This document shows positions 1-11,218 of a stretch of DNA of 64,000 bases, piece by piece. The stretch's first letter is position 1; each line of letters starts with the position of its first letter. The DNA is taken from assembly GCA_041395785.1 (NCBI GenBank), contig JAWKZZ010000003.1, positions 526,978 through 590,977 on the forward strand, in the 5' to 3' direction. This DNA is from Pseudomonadales bacterium (GTDB taxonomy: Bacteria > Pseudomonadota > Gammaproteobacteria > Pseudomonadales > UBA7239). The notes under the pieces are model-generated. The model did no database searches, was not told the origin of the DNA, and saw nothing but the letters and a program-made list of their open reading frames with translations. The position numbers were made by a program, and so were the translations under genes.

Positions 1-576
1 AAACTGCATGGCAAACCAAAAGGCTCCAGCCAACACGATGAACACAATACTGATATCAACCAGTGTTGTGCGGTATTTGTGCAGCATGATGAAACTTTGT
101 GAATACTCCAACCGCGCCCAACCTATGGGTAAGTTGTGTGCATCGTTGCTACTAGTGCGGATAGAGCCGGCGAGACGAGGTTGTTTTATTGGTATCACGA
201 CTTGTCGCGTATTTTTTGTATGGAAATCAAGTGTTTCTGAAGTAAAAAGATTCAGTGCTGCTTCCCAATGTGTATGTAAAGGGCCTGCATGTGCTACTTC
301 ATGGCTGTTGGCATCGTAAAAAGTTACTGAGCGCAGCAGTGGATATTCCAGTGCCAGTTGTGCCGTGCTTTCCAATGTGGCGATATCGCCATCGCGCAGT
401 GCGCGGTATGCCTGCCGCGCTACTTGTTGGCTGTATACGCTGCTCATTTCGTTTTCGTACTGTGCAATATCGCGCACTAAGGCGTAGGTGAGATACGCGC
501 CAATCAATAAGGCGCAGACAACACCAGGACCGAGTGCGAATATTGCAATGTAAGTGCGTAGATTGCTGTGACGCAT
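1..576 (-). CDS. gacS: GacS/BarA-type sensor histidine kinase, N-terminal part (gene continues beyond window start)
   Basis: Absent from the ORF track because it is open at the window edge. My translation of the minus strand from the ATG at 576-574 gives MRHSNLRTYIAIFALGPGVVCALLIGAYLTYALV (TM1), then LRSVTFYDANSHEVAHAGP and IGWARLEYSQSFIMLHKYRTTLVDISIVFIVLAG (TM2). These match the periplasmic loop of Pseudomonas GacS as I recall it (VRAVSFLDAKQERLAHAGP; LGWVELELSHH). It is divergent from cysM, as in pseudomonads. Confidence 0.65.
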   Translation of the reverse strand, partial: MRHSNLRTYIAIFALGPGVVCALLIGAYLTYALVRDIAQYENEMSSVYSQQVARQAYRALRDGDIATLESTAQLALEYPLLRSVTFYDANSHEVAHAGPLHTHWEAALNLFTSETLDFHTKNTRQVVIPIKQPRLAGSIRTSSNDAHNLPIGWARLEYSQSFIMLHKYRTTLVDISIVFIVLAGAFWFAMQF

Positions 577-656
577 TATGAAATCTGTTTTGTTGTGATG
601 AGTGAAACCACGGTAGAATCCGCGACTGTTTATTATTGTGCAAGGCGGCTATTGCG

Positions 657-1547
657 ATGGATTATCCCACAATCGAAAGCTGTATCGGCAACACGCCCTT
701 GGTGCGTTTGCAGCGATTGGGGCAGGGCAATAACAACCATATCCTACTGAAACTGGAAGGGAATAATCCCGCCGGTTCTGTCAAAGATCGCCCCGCCGCC
801 AGCATGATTGCAGAAGCTGAACGCAGCGGTCGTATCCAACCGGGTGACACCTTGATTGAAGCGACCAGTGGCAATACGGGTATTGCCTTGGCGATGGTGG
901 CGGCGATCAAAGGCTATCGCATGATTTTAGTGATGCCCGACAACATGACCGCCGAACGCAAGGCGGCGATGACCGCGTACGGTGCTGAGCTGGTGCTGGT
1001 GTCACAAGAGCAGAGCATGGAAGGTGCGCGCGATCTGGCATTGCAGATGCAAGCAGACGGGCGCGGCAAAGTGCTGGATCAATTCGGTAACAACGATAAC
1101 CCGCTGGCGCATTACAAAGGCACGGGGCCGGAAATTTGGCAGCAGACCGCAGGAACAATCACGCACTTTGTCAGCGCAATGGGAACAACCGGCACCATCA
1201 TGGGGACTTCGCGGTTTTTGAAAGAAAAAAATCCCGCCATTCAAATTGTGGGTTTGCAGCCGCAAGAAGGCGCCAGCATCCCTGGTATTCGTCGCTGGTC
1301 GCCGGAGTATTTGCCCAGTATTTTTGATGCATCGCGCGTGGATACGGTGATGGATATTGCGCAGCAAGATGCAGAGCGCACAATGCGGGATCTCGCGCGC
1401 CAAGAAGGTATTTTTTGTGGTGTTTCTTCGGGTGGCGCGGTAGCGGCCGCGTTGCAGTTGGCAAAAACCGTCAGCAATGCCACTATCGTGACAATTATTT
1501 GTGATCGCGGTGATCGTTATTTGTCTTCTGGTATTTATAACGGTTAA
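657..1547 (+). CDS. cysM: Cysteine synthase B (O-acetylserine sulfhydrylase B)
   Basis: ORF 636..1547. From the internal Met it reads MDYPTIESCIGNTPLVRLQRL...LEGNNPAGSVKDRPA...TSGNTGIALA...GVSSGGA...CDRGDRYLS, nearly colinear with E. coli CysM. The Met at 657 was chosen as the start. Confidence 0.93.
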   Translation: MDYPTIESCIGNTPLVRLQRLGQGNNNHILLKLEGNNPAGSVKDRPAASMIAEAERSGRIQPGDTLIEATSGNTGIALAMVAAIKGYRMILVMPDNMTAERKAAMTAYGAELVLVSQEQSMEGARDLALQMQADGRGKVLDQFGNNDNPLAHYKGTGPEIWQQTAGTITHFVSAMGTTGTIMGTSRFLKEKNPAIQIVGLQPQEGASIPGIRRWSPEYLPSIFDASRVDTVMDIAQQDAERTMRDLARQEGIFCGVSSGGAVAAALQLAKTVSNATIVTIICDRGDRYLSSGIYNG

Positions 1548-1581
1548 AACGCTTCATGGTTAAGCAGTAGCAGTTAACTCT

Positions 1582-3825
1582 ATGGTTAAGATTCGCGAAG
1601 ATCATCCACTGGAAGAAAACGGTGATGTCGATATCGATGTTTGGCTGTCTGGTTTAGAGGCAGCGCACGAGTTTTCATCGGAGCAAATTGCACAGTTGCG
1701 CGCAGCGTGCATCACCAGTCGCCAAGCGGAACAAACGCGCAGTGAATCGGATAAACGCTGGCAGGAAACCAGCTGTTTTCGCACTGGTTTGGAGATGGCC
1801 GATATTCTCGGCGAGCTGAATTTGGATGCCGAGACTCTGGTGGCGGCCATTCTGTATCGCTCTGTGCGTGAGGAGCGCATTCCTCTTGCAGACATAGCGC
1901 AAACTTTCGGGCAGGAAGTGGCTGGCTTGATCGAAGGTGTTTTGCGCATGGCGTCGGTCAGTGCGATGCAAAGCCTCACAGATGAAACGGTGTTGGGGCG
2001 TGCCGCCAATGTACAGGTGGAAAATCTGCGCAAAATGTTGGTGGCGATCATCGATGATGTGCGCGTTGCCTTGGTGAAAATTGCGGAACGCACCTGTGCC
2101 ATTCGTGCAGTAAAAACGGCACCAGAAGAAAAACGCCGCCGCGTGGCGAGCGAGGTGATGAAAATCTACGCGCCACTCGCGCACCGTTTGGGGATTGGTC
2201 ATCTCAAATGGGAATTGGAGGATTTGGCATTCCGTTATTTAGAGCCAGATGCCTATCGCCATATTGCGCGTTTGCTGGACGAACGCCGCGTTGATCGCCA
2301 GCGTTTTATTACCGAAGCCAAAGCGCAGTTAGAAGCAGCTCTACAGCAAGCGGGCGTTGAACCGGATATCACGGGGCGTGCGAAACACATCTACAGTATC
2401 TGGCGCAAAATGCGCAATCGCGGTATTGGGTTTTCACAGGTCTATGACATTCGCGCGCTGCGTGTCTTGGTTGCTACGGTGCAAGATTGCTACACCGCCT
2501 TGGGGATTGTGCACGGTTTATGGCGCAACATTCCCAATGAGTTTGACGATTACATCGCCAATCCGAAAGAGAACGGCTATCAATCACTGCACACTGCCGT
2601 GATAGGGCCGGAAGGAAAAGTGCTGGAAGTACAGATTCGTACTTTTGCTATGCACCAAGACGCAGAGTTTGGCGTGTGCGCGCACTGGCAGTACAAGGGT
2701 GCAGACAAAGCGAATCAGCAGGGTGAACAAGCCAATAGCTACGACTCAAAAATTGAATGGTTGCGACAAGTGTTGGCGTGGCACGAAGAAACCGGCGGCA
2801 ATTTGGATTTGGTTAAAGAGCTGCGCACCAGTGTTGTCGAGGACCGCATTTATGTATTCACGCCAGAAGGGCATGTCATTGATCTGCCAAGCAGCGCTAC
2901 CGCTTTAGATTTCGCGTATCACATTCATACGGGGGTTGGGCATCGCTGTCGTGGCTGTCGAGTGAATGGCCGCGTCGTGCCACTGTATCAAGTGCTGCAC
3001 ACCGGCGATCAAGTGGAAATTATTACAGGTAAACGCGAAGCGCCCAGCCGCGATTGGCTCACTTCTGGATTGGAATATTTACGCACCGTGCGTGCGCGCA
3101 CCAGTGTGCAGCAGTGGTTTCGTCAGCAAGCGACTGATGAGAATATGGAGAATGGTCGCGCCATTTTGGATCGCGCTTTTCAGCGTTTGGCGGTATCACC
3201 GCAGCTGGATTTAGAGTCACTCGCGCACACGCTGGGGCATAAAAATCTGTACGATTTGTATATCGCCATCGGTACTGGTGAATGCAGCATGACGGCAGTG
3301 TTGGATGCTGCCATGCATTCCGGCAATGTGATGAGTCAGCCGGAATTGATGTTGGGATGGGATGAACAAATGGAAACGCTCTCGCGTTCCATTGTGGGTG
3401 CCGAAGGATACAGTTTGCGTTTAGCGCCGTGCTGTAATCCGGCAGAAGGTGATGCGGTTGTCGGTGTCATGGATGCGGACAATGTTGTCTCTGTACACCA
3501 ACAGTCTTGTGATCAGGCTTTGCAGATGCAGTTGGATCACCCAGAGCAAATTATGGCTGTGAATTGGGGTGGTGCGCGCCGCAGTACATTTCCTGCCACC
3601 ATTGTCGTGCGCGCTTATGACAGGCGTGGTTTGTTGCGCGATATCTGCTCACTGTTAGATAAAGAAGCAGCCAATATCATTCGTTTAGACACTGCGACAG
3701 ATCAACAAACACATTTGGTGGAAATGCAAATCACCTTGGAAGTGGAGAGCTTTCAGTTGTTGAGTCGTCTGCTAGAGGCAATCAATCAAATTCCCAATGT
3801 GTACAAAGCTAGCAGACAGGTGTGA
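1582..3825 (+). CDS. relA: GTP pyrophosphokinase (stringent response (p)ppGpp synthetase I)
   Basis: 747-aa ORF with the RelA/SpoT synthetase core (GRAKHIYSIWRKM, YQSLHTAV, EVQIRT), a TGS-like region (IYVFTPEGHVIDLP) and an ACT-like C-terminus. It follows cysM, as in pseudomonads. Confidence 0.93.
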   Translation: MVKIREDHPLEENGDVDIDVWLSGLEAAHEFSSEQIAQLRAACITSRQAEQTRSESDKRWQETSCFRTGLEMADILGELNLDAETLVAAILYRSVREERIPLADIAQTFGQEVAGLIEGVLRMASVSAMQSLTDETVLGRAANVQVENLRKMLVAIIDDVRVALVKIAERTCAIRAVKTAPEEKRRRVASEVMKIYAPLAHRLGIGHLKWELEDLAFRYLEPDAYRHIARLLDERRVDRQRFITEAKAQLEAALQQAGVEPDITGRAKHIYSIWRKMRNRGIGFSQVYDIRALRVLVATVQDCYTALGIVHGLWRNIPNEFDDYIANPKENGYQSLHTAVIGPEGKVLEVQIRTFAMHQDAEFGVCAHWQYKGADKANQQGEQANSYDSKIEWLRQVLAWHEETGGNLDLVKELRTSVVEDRIYVFTPEGHVIDLPSSATALDFAYHIHTGVGHRCRGCRVNGRVVPLYQVLHTGDQVEIITGKREAPSRDWLTSGLEYLRTVRARTSVQQWFRQQATDENMENGRAILDRAFQRLAVSPQLDLESLAHTLGHKNLYDLYIAIGTGECSMTAVLDAAMHSGNVMSQPELMLGWDEQMETLSRSIVGAEGYSLRLAPCCNPAEGDAVVGVMDADNVVSVHQQSCDQALQMQLDHPEQIMAVNWGGARRSTFPATIVVRAYDRRGLLRDICSLLDKEAANIIRLDTATDQQTHLVEMQITLEVESFQLLSRLLEAINQIPNVYKASRQV

Positions 3826-3953
3826 TCTTTCTTCTTATATATACATTTTGAATGCTGGTAGATTGCTTGAGTAAGCAGATTCAGCTGTGTAAGGTATTGA
3901 ACATCATTAAGTTAACAGCCTGAACGGGCACAAAGTGAGTGGAGTGTAAAAAT

Positions 3954-4592
3954 ATGAAAGTTATCTTGTTGGGTGCGCCCGGTGCCGGCAAAGGCACACA
4001 GGCAAAATTGATTATGGAGAAAATGGGGATTCCACAGATTTCTACCGGCGACATGTTGCGCGCTGCTGTTGCCGCCGGCACAGCGCTGGGTTTGCAGGTA
4101 AAAGACATCATGGCGTCCGGCGGTTTGGTGTCGGATGATTTGATCATCGCCTTGGTGAAAGAGCGCATTACACAACCCGATTGTGCAAAAGGTTTCTTGT
4201 TCGATGGATTTCCTCGCACGATTCCGCAAGCCGAAGCCATGCAGCGCGCCGAAGTGCAAATTGATCGCGTGATTGAAATTGATGTGCCTGATCAAGACAT
4301 CATCAGTCGTTTGAGTGGTCGCCGTGTGCACGAAGCATCAGGACGCGTGTATCACATAGAACATAATCTACCGAAAGTGGTGGGCGTGGATGATGTTACT
4401 GGCGAAGCCTTGATACAAAGAGCAGACGACACGGAAGCAACAGTTCGCAAAAGATTGCAGGTGTATCACGAGCAGACGCGTCCACTGGTTGATTTCTATC
4501 AGCAACACGGCGGCGATAATGTTTATCGCAATGTGCCCGGTGTGGGTAGCGTGGAGGAAATCAGCCGTCGCGTGCTGGCCGCATTGCAGTGA
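3954..4592 (+). CDS. adk: Adenylate kinase
   Basis: [18 protein letters not shown]-loop, GDMLRAAV and DGFPRT motifs, length ~212 aa. The internal Met of ORF 3939..4592 was chosen as the start. Confidence 0.95.
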   Translation: MKVILLGAPGAGKGTQAKLIMEKMGIPQISTGDMLRAAVAAGTALGLQVKDIMASGGLVSDDLIIALVKERITQPDCAKGFLFDGFPRTIPQAEAMQRAEVQIDRVIEIDVPDQDIISRLSGRRVHEASGRVYHIEHNLPKVVGVDDVTGEALIQRADDTEATVRKRLQVYHEQTRPLVDFYQQHGGDNVYRNVPGVGSVEEISRRVLAALQ

Positions 4593-5569
4593 AACAACGC
4601 GCAGTTATTCTGGTTTATCTCGGCTCACCTAGCGCAGCAGAGCCTTCTGCCATTCGGCAATTTCTCAATGCCTTTCTCTCTGATTCGCGCGTGGTAGAAA
4701 TACCACGCTGGCTTTGGCTGCCTTTGTTAAGAGCAGTCATTTTGCCGTTGCGCAGTCGACGCGTGGCGAAGTTGTATCAGTCGATATGGACGGAACAAGG
4801 TTCACCGCTCACGGTGATCACGCAACGCCAAGCCGAGCGGCTCCAAAAAACTTTAAGCGCGACAGAAACTGTTGTGCGTGCAGCGGCAGTTTATGGCGAG
4901 CCTTCGATAGCGAAGTGTATTGCTGATTTACGACAGCAGGGCATTGAACAGTTTTTGGTGTTACCGATGTACCCACAGTTTTCCGCTACCACAACGGCCG
5001 CTGTGTACGATCGGGTAGCAGAGTTATTTACGCAGCAGCGCTATGTGCCGGATGTTCGTATTGTCAGAGAGTATTGTTATCGCGAGGACTATATTGCTGC
5101 ATTAGCGCAGTCGATTCGCCAACATCGCACACAGCACGGTGCAGCTGATGTGCTGCTATTTTCTTTTCACGGCATTCCGCAGGCTTGTGTTGATCGTGGC
5201 GATCCTTACTATGCACAGTGCAAGTACACAGCGGAAGCCGTCGCAAATGCATTAGGACTTTCTAGCGAGCAGTGGCGTATCGGATTTCAATCGCGCTTTG
5301 GTCGTGCGCAATGGTTGCAGCCGTATACAGATGAGGTGTTGGCATCACTGCCGGCGAGTGGAAATCGACGCGTTGATGTTGTCTGTCCAGCGTTCGCCGC
5401 AGATTGTTTGGAGACGCTGGAAGAAATAGAACACGGCAGCAGACGCTGTTTCATGGAAGCGGGTGGTGAATATTTTTCGCGCATTGATTGCCTTAATGAT
5501 GCCGATGAGCACATTGCAATGTTGCAAGCGATCGCGAGTGAATACGGTTTTGGTGACGCAAAAAAGTAA
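4589..5569 (+). CDS. hemH: Ferrochelatase
   Basis: 326-aa ORF with a GTG start overlapping the adk stop. It carries [21 protein letters not shown] and the C-terminal [12 protein letters not shown] motif typical of HemH. Confidence 0.9.
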   Translation: MKQRAVILVYLGSPSAAEPSAIRQFLNAFLSDSRVVEIPRWLWLPLLRAVILPLRSRRVAKLYQSIWTEQGSPLTVITQRQAERLQKTLSATETVVRAAAVYGEPSIAKCIADLRQQGIEQFLVLPMYPQFSATTTAAVYDRVAELFTQQRYVPDVRIVREYCYREDYIAALAQSIRQHRTQHGAADVLLFSFHGIPQACVDRGDPYYAQCKYTAEAVANALGLSSEQWRIGFQSRFGRAQWLQPYTDEVLASLPASGNRRVDVVCPAFAADCLETLEEIEHGSRRCFMEAGGEYFSRIDCLNDADEHIAMLQAIASEYGFGDAKK

Positions 5570-5767
5570 AAACAAAAGCTTGAAAGAACCATTTTAGGAA
5601 AAACTGCCAAAAAAATGAAAAAAAGTCCTAGATTGAGCAAAAAAACTGTTCCGAGTGGATGCAAAACTTGAAAAATTAAAATAATATCTGTGTCAAGCCC
5701 GTATGGGAGTGGTTACGAGCTTGTAGTATCCAAACTATTAACACTACCAACCATTGAGGAATGAAAC

Positions 5768-6256
5768 ATGGCAAAGTCAAAAAAGAAAGCTCCAGCAAAG
5801 CGCAAAGTAGCCGCTAAACCAGCTAAAGCGTTGTCTGCTTCAGCAATCGTTAGCGCCCTGAAAGCCAAGTTGGCTGCCAAGGCAGAAGCTGACCTGCAAA
5901 AAGCACAGGCAAAGTTCGTTGCTAAATGGGCGAAGAAACGCGCTGCCGCTGATAAGAAGAAACTGGCTTCAGCTAGCAAGAAAGCAGCTAAGAAAGCTGC
6001 AGCTGCTGCTAAGAAAGCTGCTGCTAAGAAAGCTGCTGCAGAGAGAAAAGCTGCAGCTAAAGCGAAAGTAGCTGCTAGAAAAGCTGCTGCTAAAGCTGCT
6101 AAAGCTGCCAAAAAGCAAGCTAAGGCTGCTAAGAAGGCCGCAGCTAAGCCAGCTAAGAAAGCCGCTAAGCCAGCTAAAGCGAAGAAAGCTAAAGCAGCTA
6201 AGCCTGCCAAGAAAAAAGCCGGCGCTAAAAAAGGCCGTCGTGCAGCTAAGAAGTAA
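5768..6256 (+). CDS. Lys/Ala-rich histone H1-like / AlgP-like basic protein
   Basis: 162-aa ORF made almost entirely of K, A and P (AAKKAAAKPAKKAAKPAKAKKAKAAKPAKKKAGAKKGRRAAKK). A GAGGAA-type SD precedes the ATG and a strong terminator follows. The antisense ORFs are mirror artefacts. Confidence 0.75.
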   Translation: MAKSKKKAPAKRKVAAKPAKALSASAIVSALKAKLAAKAEADLQKAQAKFVAKWAKKRAAADKKKLASASKKAAKKAAAAAKKAAAKKAAAERKAAAKAKVAARKAAAKAAKAAKKQAKAAKKAAAKPAKKAAKPAKAKKAKAAKPAKKKAGAKKGRRAAKK

Positions 6257-6265
6257 TACATCAAG

Positions 6266-6294
6266 GCTGATAAAAGACCCCCGGCAACCCCGGG
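6266..6294 (+). terminator. Rho-independent terminator after the K/A-rich gene
   Basis: Stem CCCCCGG (6268-6274) pairs with CCGGGGG (6280-6286), followed by T8 (6287-6294). Confidence 0.8.
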
Positions 6295-6320
6295 GGTTTT
6301 TTTTAAGTGAGAGAAAGTGA

Positions 6321-7004
6321 TTGAACATTTTAGCGATTGATACGACCGGCTCAGATTGTTGCGTTGGCATCGTCAGGCAAGATGGTCGACAGTTTGTGCA
6401 TGCCGAATCATCAGCGCAGTCGCATTCGCGTTGCATACTCGCCACTATCGATACGCTGCTAGAGGAAGCCGAATTACAGCTGTCGAATCTGCAGTTGCTA
6501 GTATGGAATGCAGGTCCTGGGTCGTTTACCGGTATACGCATTGCGGCCAGTGTGCTGCAGTCCTTGAGTTACAGTTTACAAATTCCGTTCCTGTCTTTAT
6601 CCGCGCTTGAGGTGCTGGCTTTTGCAGCGATGCGAACTTTGGATACAGCTATTCAGGACGCCTTGATTAAAGTCGCGGTCGATGCGCGTATGAATGGTGT
6701 CTACTGGGCCAGTTTCCGTTATAGGGAAGGCGGTGCGCTAGAACGCGTGGAAGACGATTGTTTGATGAGTCGAGATGAGTTTACGACACAGGGTAAACAA
6801 ATAGCTTCAGGTGTGGTGCTAGCTGGGGATGCTTGGTTATCTGTTACACAACAGACACATGCCGGCACATCAATAGAAGATTTGATAGAGCTGGCACAAA
6901 CGAAATCTCAGCAGTCATGGCGGTATCGTGCAGAGGAATGTTTGCCAAACTATGTGCAATCCAGCATCAACTGGCAAAAGCGTATCCGTTTACAAACACC
7001 TTAA
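6321..7004 (+). CDS. tsaB: tRNA N6-threonylcarbamoyladenosine biosynthesis protein TsaB (YeaZ)
   Basis: TTG start, then NILAIDTTGSDCCVGIV...GPGSFTGIRIAASV, the typical YeaZ/TsaB N-terminus. Length 227 aa. Confidence 0.85.
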   Translation: MNILAIDTTGSDCCVGIVRQDGRQFVHAESSAQSHSRCILATIDTLLEEAELQLSNLQLLVWNAGPGSFTGIRIAASVLQSLSYSLQIPFLSLSALEVLAFAAMRTLDTAIQDALIKVAVDARMNGVYWASFRYREGGALERVEDDCLMSRDEFTTQGKQIASGVVLAGDAWLSVTQQTHAGTSIEDLIELAQTKSQQSWRYRAEECLPNYVQSSINWQKRIRLQTP

Positions 7005-9397
7005 AACAAGTAGTCATCGCTGCTTGTAGATGTTTCTTCCCCGGCTCCATTGAGAGAGTCGCCATCTTCTATTTCGTCGCCGCGAAAGATTTCAAAGTCG
7101 CCATTAGCCTCAGTGTTATCCGTAGGCTGTTCCGCATTCGCAGGCGCTCTGACTGTGACTAAGCCGGTTGGTATGGCGCGCTCAATCACAGGCTGATCTT
7201 TCAGTGCTTCGCGCATGTATGAAATCCAGATAGGCAGCGCAGCAGTGCCACCAAACTCGCGTTTGCCCAACATGGTGTTATCGTCAAACCCAACCCATGT
7301 AGCAGTCGTGATAGCAGGGTTGTAGCCGACAAACCAGACATCGGTAGGGCCGTTAGTTGTTCCGGTTTTGCCGGCAATGTCAGAACGATTGAGCGCAGTA
7401 GCGGCATGCCCTGTGCCGCGACGAATAACATCTTTCAGCATATTGTCGATGATGTAAGCAGTTTGTTCGTCGATAACACGCGGTGCGAGTTCAGTCATAT
7501 CGTCTGCGCTGGGTTGCGTGTTCGCTGCACAGTCCGCGCAAACTACCTTGTATTTTTGTTGGTAGATAATGTTCCCTTTAGGGTCCGCAATTTGCTGCAC
7601 TAAAAAAGGCTCCACTTTGAAGCCGCCGTTGGAAAGTGCGGTGTATGCCGTTGCCATGGTGAGAGGGGTGAAGGCATGAGAACCCAAAGCGATGGACAAG
7701 TTTGGATCCATGTTTTTCGTATCAAAGCCAAATCGCGGCAAGCTATTGATCAGCGATTTCACGCCGATACTTTGCAACAAACGGATAGCTACCATGTTGC
7801 GTGATTGATACAGCGCCTGCCGTAGCGGAATCATGCCAAGATAAGTACCGCCGTGGTTTGCTGGCCGCCACGGTTTTGACATTCCAGCTTCCTGAAAGAC
7901 AATGGGAGAATCGTCTACGAGTGTTGCTGGCGTATAACCATTTTCTAGTGCTTTTAAATAGATAAATGGTTTAAAGCTGGAGCCGGGTTGTCGCAGTGCC
8001 TGCACTGCGCGATTGAATTTGCTATAGGCAAAGTCGATGCCTCCAGATAGAGCAATAACGGCGCCGGTTTGACTGTTGAGGGAAGCCAGAGTTGCTTGAA
8101 TGCGAGGAATTTGACTGATCTCCCATTTGTCTTCTCCTGTGTTGTGTAGGCGAATAAGATCGCCGACTTGAAATACCTCTGAAAAGTTTTTAGGTGCAGG
8201 AGCAACATAGTTTTCAGATTTGTACGGCTGCAAGCGTTTCGCCCCTGCTGCACTCCAGTTAAGTGTGACGCTGCGATTATTGGACAATACAAGTGTGAGA
8301 GAAGATTTATGAATACTGGCGACAATCGCAGGCTCAAGGTCACCCACTTTGCCGTAGTCTCTCAGCACAACAGCCCAATAGCTGGGCATTTGTTTTGCAG
8401 GTAACGGTGGTGTGGGAAAATGCTTTTCGGCGCCGCGATAGCCGTGGCGTTTGTCGTAATCAACAGCACCATTCCAAACAGCTTTTTGTGCTTCTAGCTG
8501 CAAGCGAGAATCAACCGTAGTGCGTACGATATATCCCCCGTTGTAAGCTTCGTTGCCGAGTTTTTCTACTGCAAATTGTCTAGCCATTTCCGCGATATAC
8601 GGCGCATCAATGTCTGTTTTTAAGCCGTGATAGCTAGCGGTTTCTGGTTCGGCTAACGCTTTATCGTGGGCAGCCTTGTCGATATAACCCAAAGATAGCA
8701 TGCGCCCTAAAATCCAGTTGCGTCTAATGAGTGCGCGTTCAGGATTCACCAGCGGGTTGTATTTGGACGGTGCTTTAGGAAGCCCTGCTAGCATTGCCCA
8801 TTGCGCAAGGGATAGCTGATCCAGTGTTTTCCCGTAGTAAACATATGCTGCAGATTGTGCGCCGTAAGCTTTGTGGCCTAGATAAATTTTGTTGACATAC
8901 AGGCCAAAGATTTGCTCTTTCTGTAGCGTTCTCTCCAGTTGTATAGAGAGAAGAATTTCATTGAATTTACGGATAAAAGACTTTTCAGAGCTAAGAAAAA
9001 AATTACGCGCTAGCTGCATGGTAATTGTGCTACCGCCAGAGCGAATATGCCCCGTTTTAATTAATTCTGTAGCCGCACGAGCCAAGCCTGTAGGATCCAC
9101 ACCGCCGTGCGTAAAGAAACGGTCGTCCTCAGCCGCTAATACAGCATTGACATAAGAAGAAGGAAGAGCGGAATAGGGCAATGGCTCTCGGCGCATTTCG
9201 CCGAATTCGCCCAACAGCAAACCGTCGCTACTAATAATTTTGAGTGGAGTTTGCAGTTTTAGGTCGAGAATGCTGTCTATTTTGGGCAGTTGAGGACCTA
9301 AATAGAGGGCAAAGCCACTGATAACAGCTGTTCCAGCGGCTAAAACAAGCAGAATACTCAGTAGAATGGCTCGGATTAGCCAGAGAAGAAATCGCAT
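7001..9397 (-). CDS. mrcA: Penicillin-binding protein 1A (bifunctional transglycosylase/transpeptidase)
   Basis: 798-aa ORF with an N-terminal TM segment, glycosyltransferase motifs (EDDRFFTHGGVD, GGSTITMQLARN, RKFNE) and transpeptidase motifs SSFKP and KTGTTN. It is divergent from pilM, as in Pseudomonas. Confidence 0.93.
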   Translation of the reverse strand: MRFLLWLIRAILLSILLVLAAGTAVISGFALYLGPQLPKIDSILDLKLQTPLKIISSDGLLLGEFGEMRREPLPYSALPSSYVNAVLAAEDDRFFTHGGVDPTGLARAATELIKTGHIRSGGSTITMQLARNFFLSSEKSFIRKFNEILLSIQLERTLQKEQIFGLYVNKIYLGHKAYGAQSAAYVYYGKTLDQLSLAQWAMLAGLPKAPSKYNPLVNPERALIRRNWILGRMLSLGYIDKAAHDKALAEPETASYHGLKTDIDAPYIAEMARQFAVEKLGNEAYNGGYIVRTTVDSRLQLEAQKAVWNGAVDYDKRHGYRGAEKHFPTPPLPAKQMPSYWAVVLRDYGKVGDLEPAIVASIHKSSLTLVLSNNRSVTLNWSAAGAKRLQPYKSENYVAPAPKNFSEVFQVGDLIRLHNTGEDKWEISQIPRIQATLASLNSQTGAVIALSGGIDFAYSKFNRAVQALRQPGSSFKPFIYLKALENGYTPATLVDDSPIVFQEAGMSKPWRPANHGGTYLGMIPLRQALYQSRNMVAIRLLQSIGVKSLINSLPRFGFDTKNMDPNLSIALGSHAFTPLTMATAYTALSNGGFKVEPFLVQQIADPKGNIIYQQKYKVVCADCAANTQPSADDMTELAPRVIDEQTAYIIDNMLKDVIRRGTGHAATALNRSDIAGKTGTTNGPTDVWFVGYNPAITTATWVGFDDNTMLGKREFGGTAALPIWISYMREALKDQPVIERAIPTGLVTVRAPANAEQPTDNTEANGDFEIFRGDEIEDGDSLNGAGEETSTSSDDYLF

Positions 9398-9542
9398 TAA
9401 AAGTCTTTTGAATCAATGGGTTGCTGTTGATTGGTGAGTTTGTATGGCAAGATGTGCATTATAAGTGTGATTTTGTGAATTAGGTATCAGTTTGGGTGCT
9501 TGCAGACCTTAGTTAAAGTAATGTAGCATCACCTCGTCGTAA

Positions 9543-10630
<1,088 letters not shown>

Positions 10631-10631
<1 letters not shown>

Positions 10632-11218
10632 TGGCCACAAAAATTAACCTGCTTCCTTGGCGCGCTGAGCTGCGGGAGCAAAGAAAGAAAGAGTTTCTTG
10701 CTGTGTTGGGAGCAAGCGCGGTTGTCGGGCTGCTTGTTTTCGCAGTTTGGTATATGACGGTCGCCAGCTTGATAGATTTTCAAAAGGAGCGTAACGCAAA
10801 AATTCAAGCCGAAATATCGTTACTTGATAAAAAAGTCACTGAGATTGACGAGTTAAAAAAACAGCGTAACGACATGATTGATAGGATGAAAGTTATCCAG
10901 AGCTTGCAGGGAAATCGACCATTAATCGTGCATATATTTGATGAGTTGGTTGGTAAGTTGCCAGATGGCGTTTTCTTTAAGCGTGCAGAGCGCAAAGGAG
11001 ACAAAATTCTTATCAGTGGCACAGCGGAGTCAAACAACAGGGTGTCGACTTTGATGCGTGACTTGAATAATTCAAAATGGTTAAAGAGCTCTGTGTTGAC
11101 TAAGGTGCAAGCCAACCCATCATTTGGTGATCAGGGAACGGACTTCGATATCAGTGTTGATGTTGTGTTGCCGGAAAGTGATCAAAAAGCTAACGCAAAA
11201 AAAGAGGGTGAAAAATAA
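10631..11218 (+). CDS. pilN: Type IV pilus assembly protein PilN
   Basis: MATKINLLPWR motif, a single TM segment, and a 1-nt overlap with the pilM stop. Confidence 0.9.

Noticed and set aside
8-643. Track ORFs 8..319(+), 255..491(+) and 299..643(-) at the window start
   Set aside because: All overlap a much more convincing minus-strand frame (1..576) that encodes a GacS-like N-terminus with two TM segments. Their own translations are Cys/Arg/Trp-rich with no motifs.
1548-1581. Absence of rlmD (rumA) between cysM and relA, which I remember being present in P. aeruginosa
   Set aside because: The 34-nt gap shows no remnant. Gene-order differences between genera are common, and rlmD may simply be elsewhere, so nothing can be tested from this window.
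5713-6541. Antisense or alternate-frame ORFs 5713..6264(-) and 5969..6541(-) with poly-Ala/Leu/Phe or Ser/Phe/Leu repeats
   Set aside because: They are mirror images of the GCT/AAG-repeat DNA of the K/A-rich gene. That gene has the SD, the ATG and the terminator on the plus strand.
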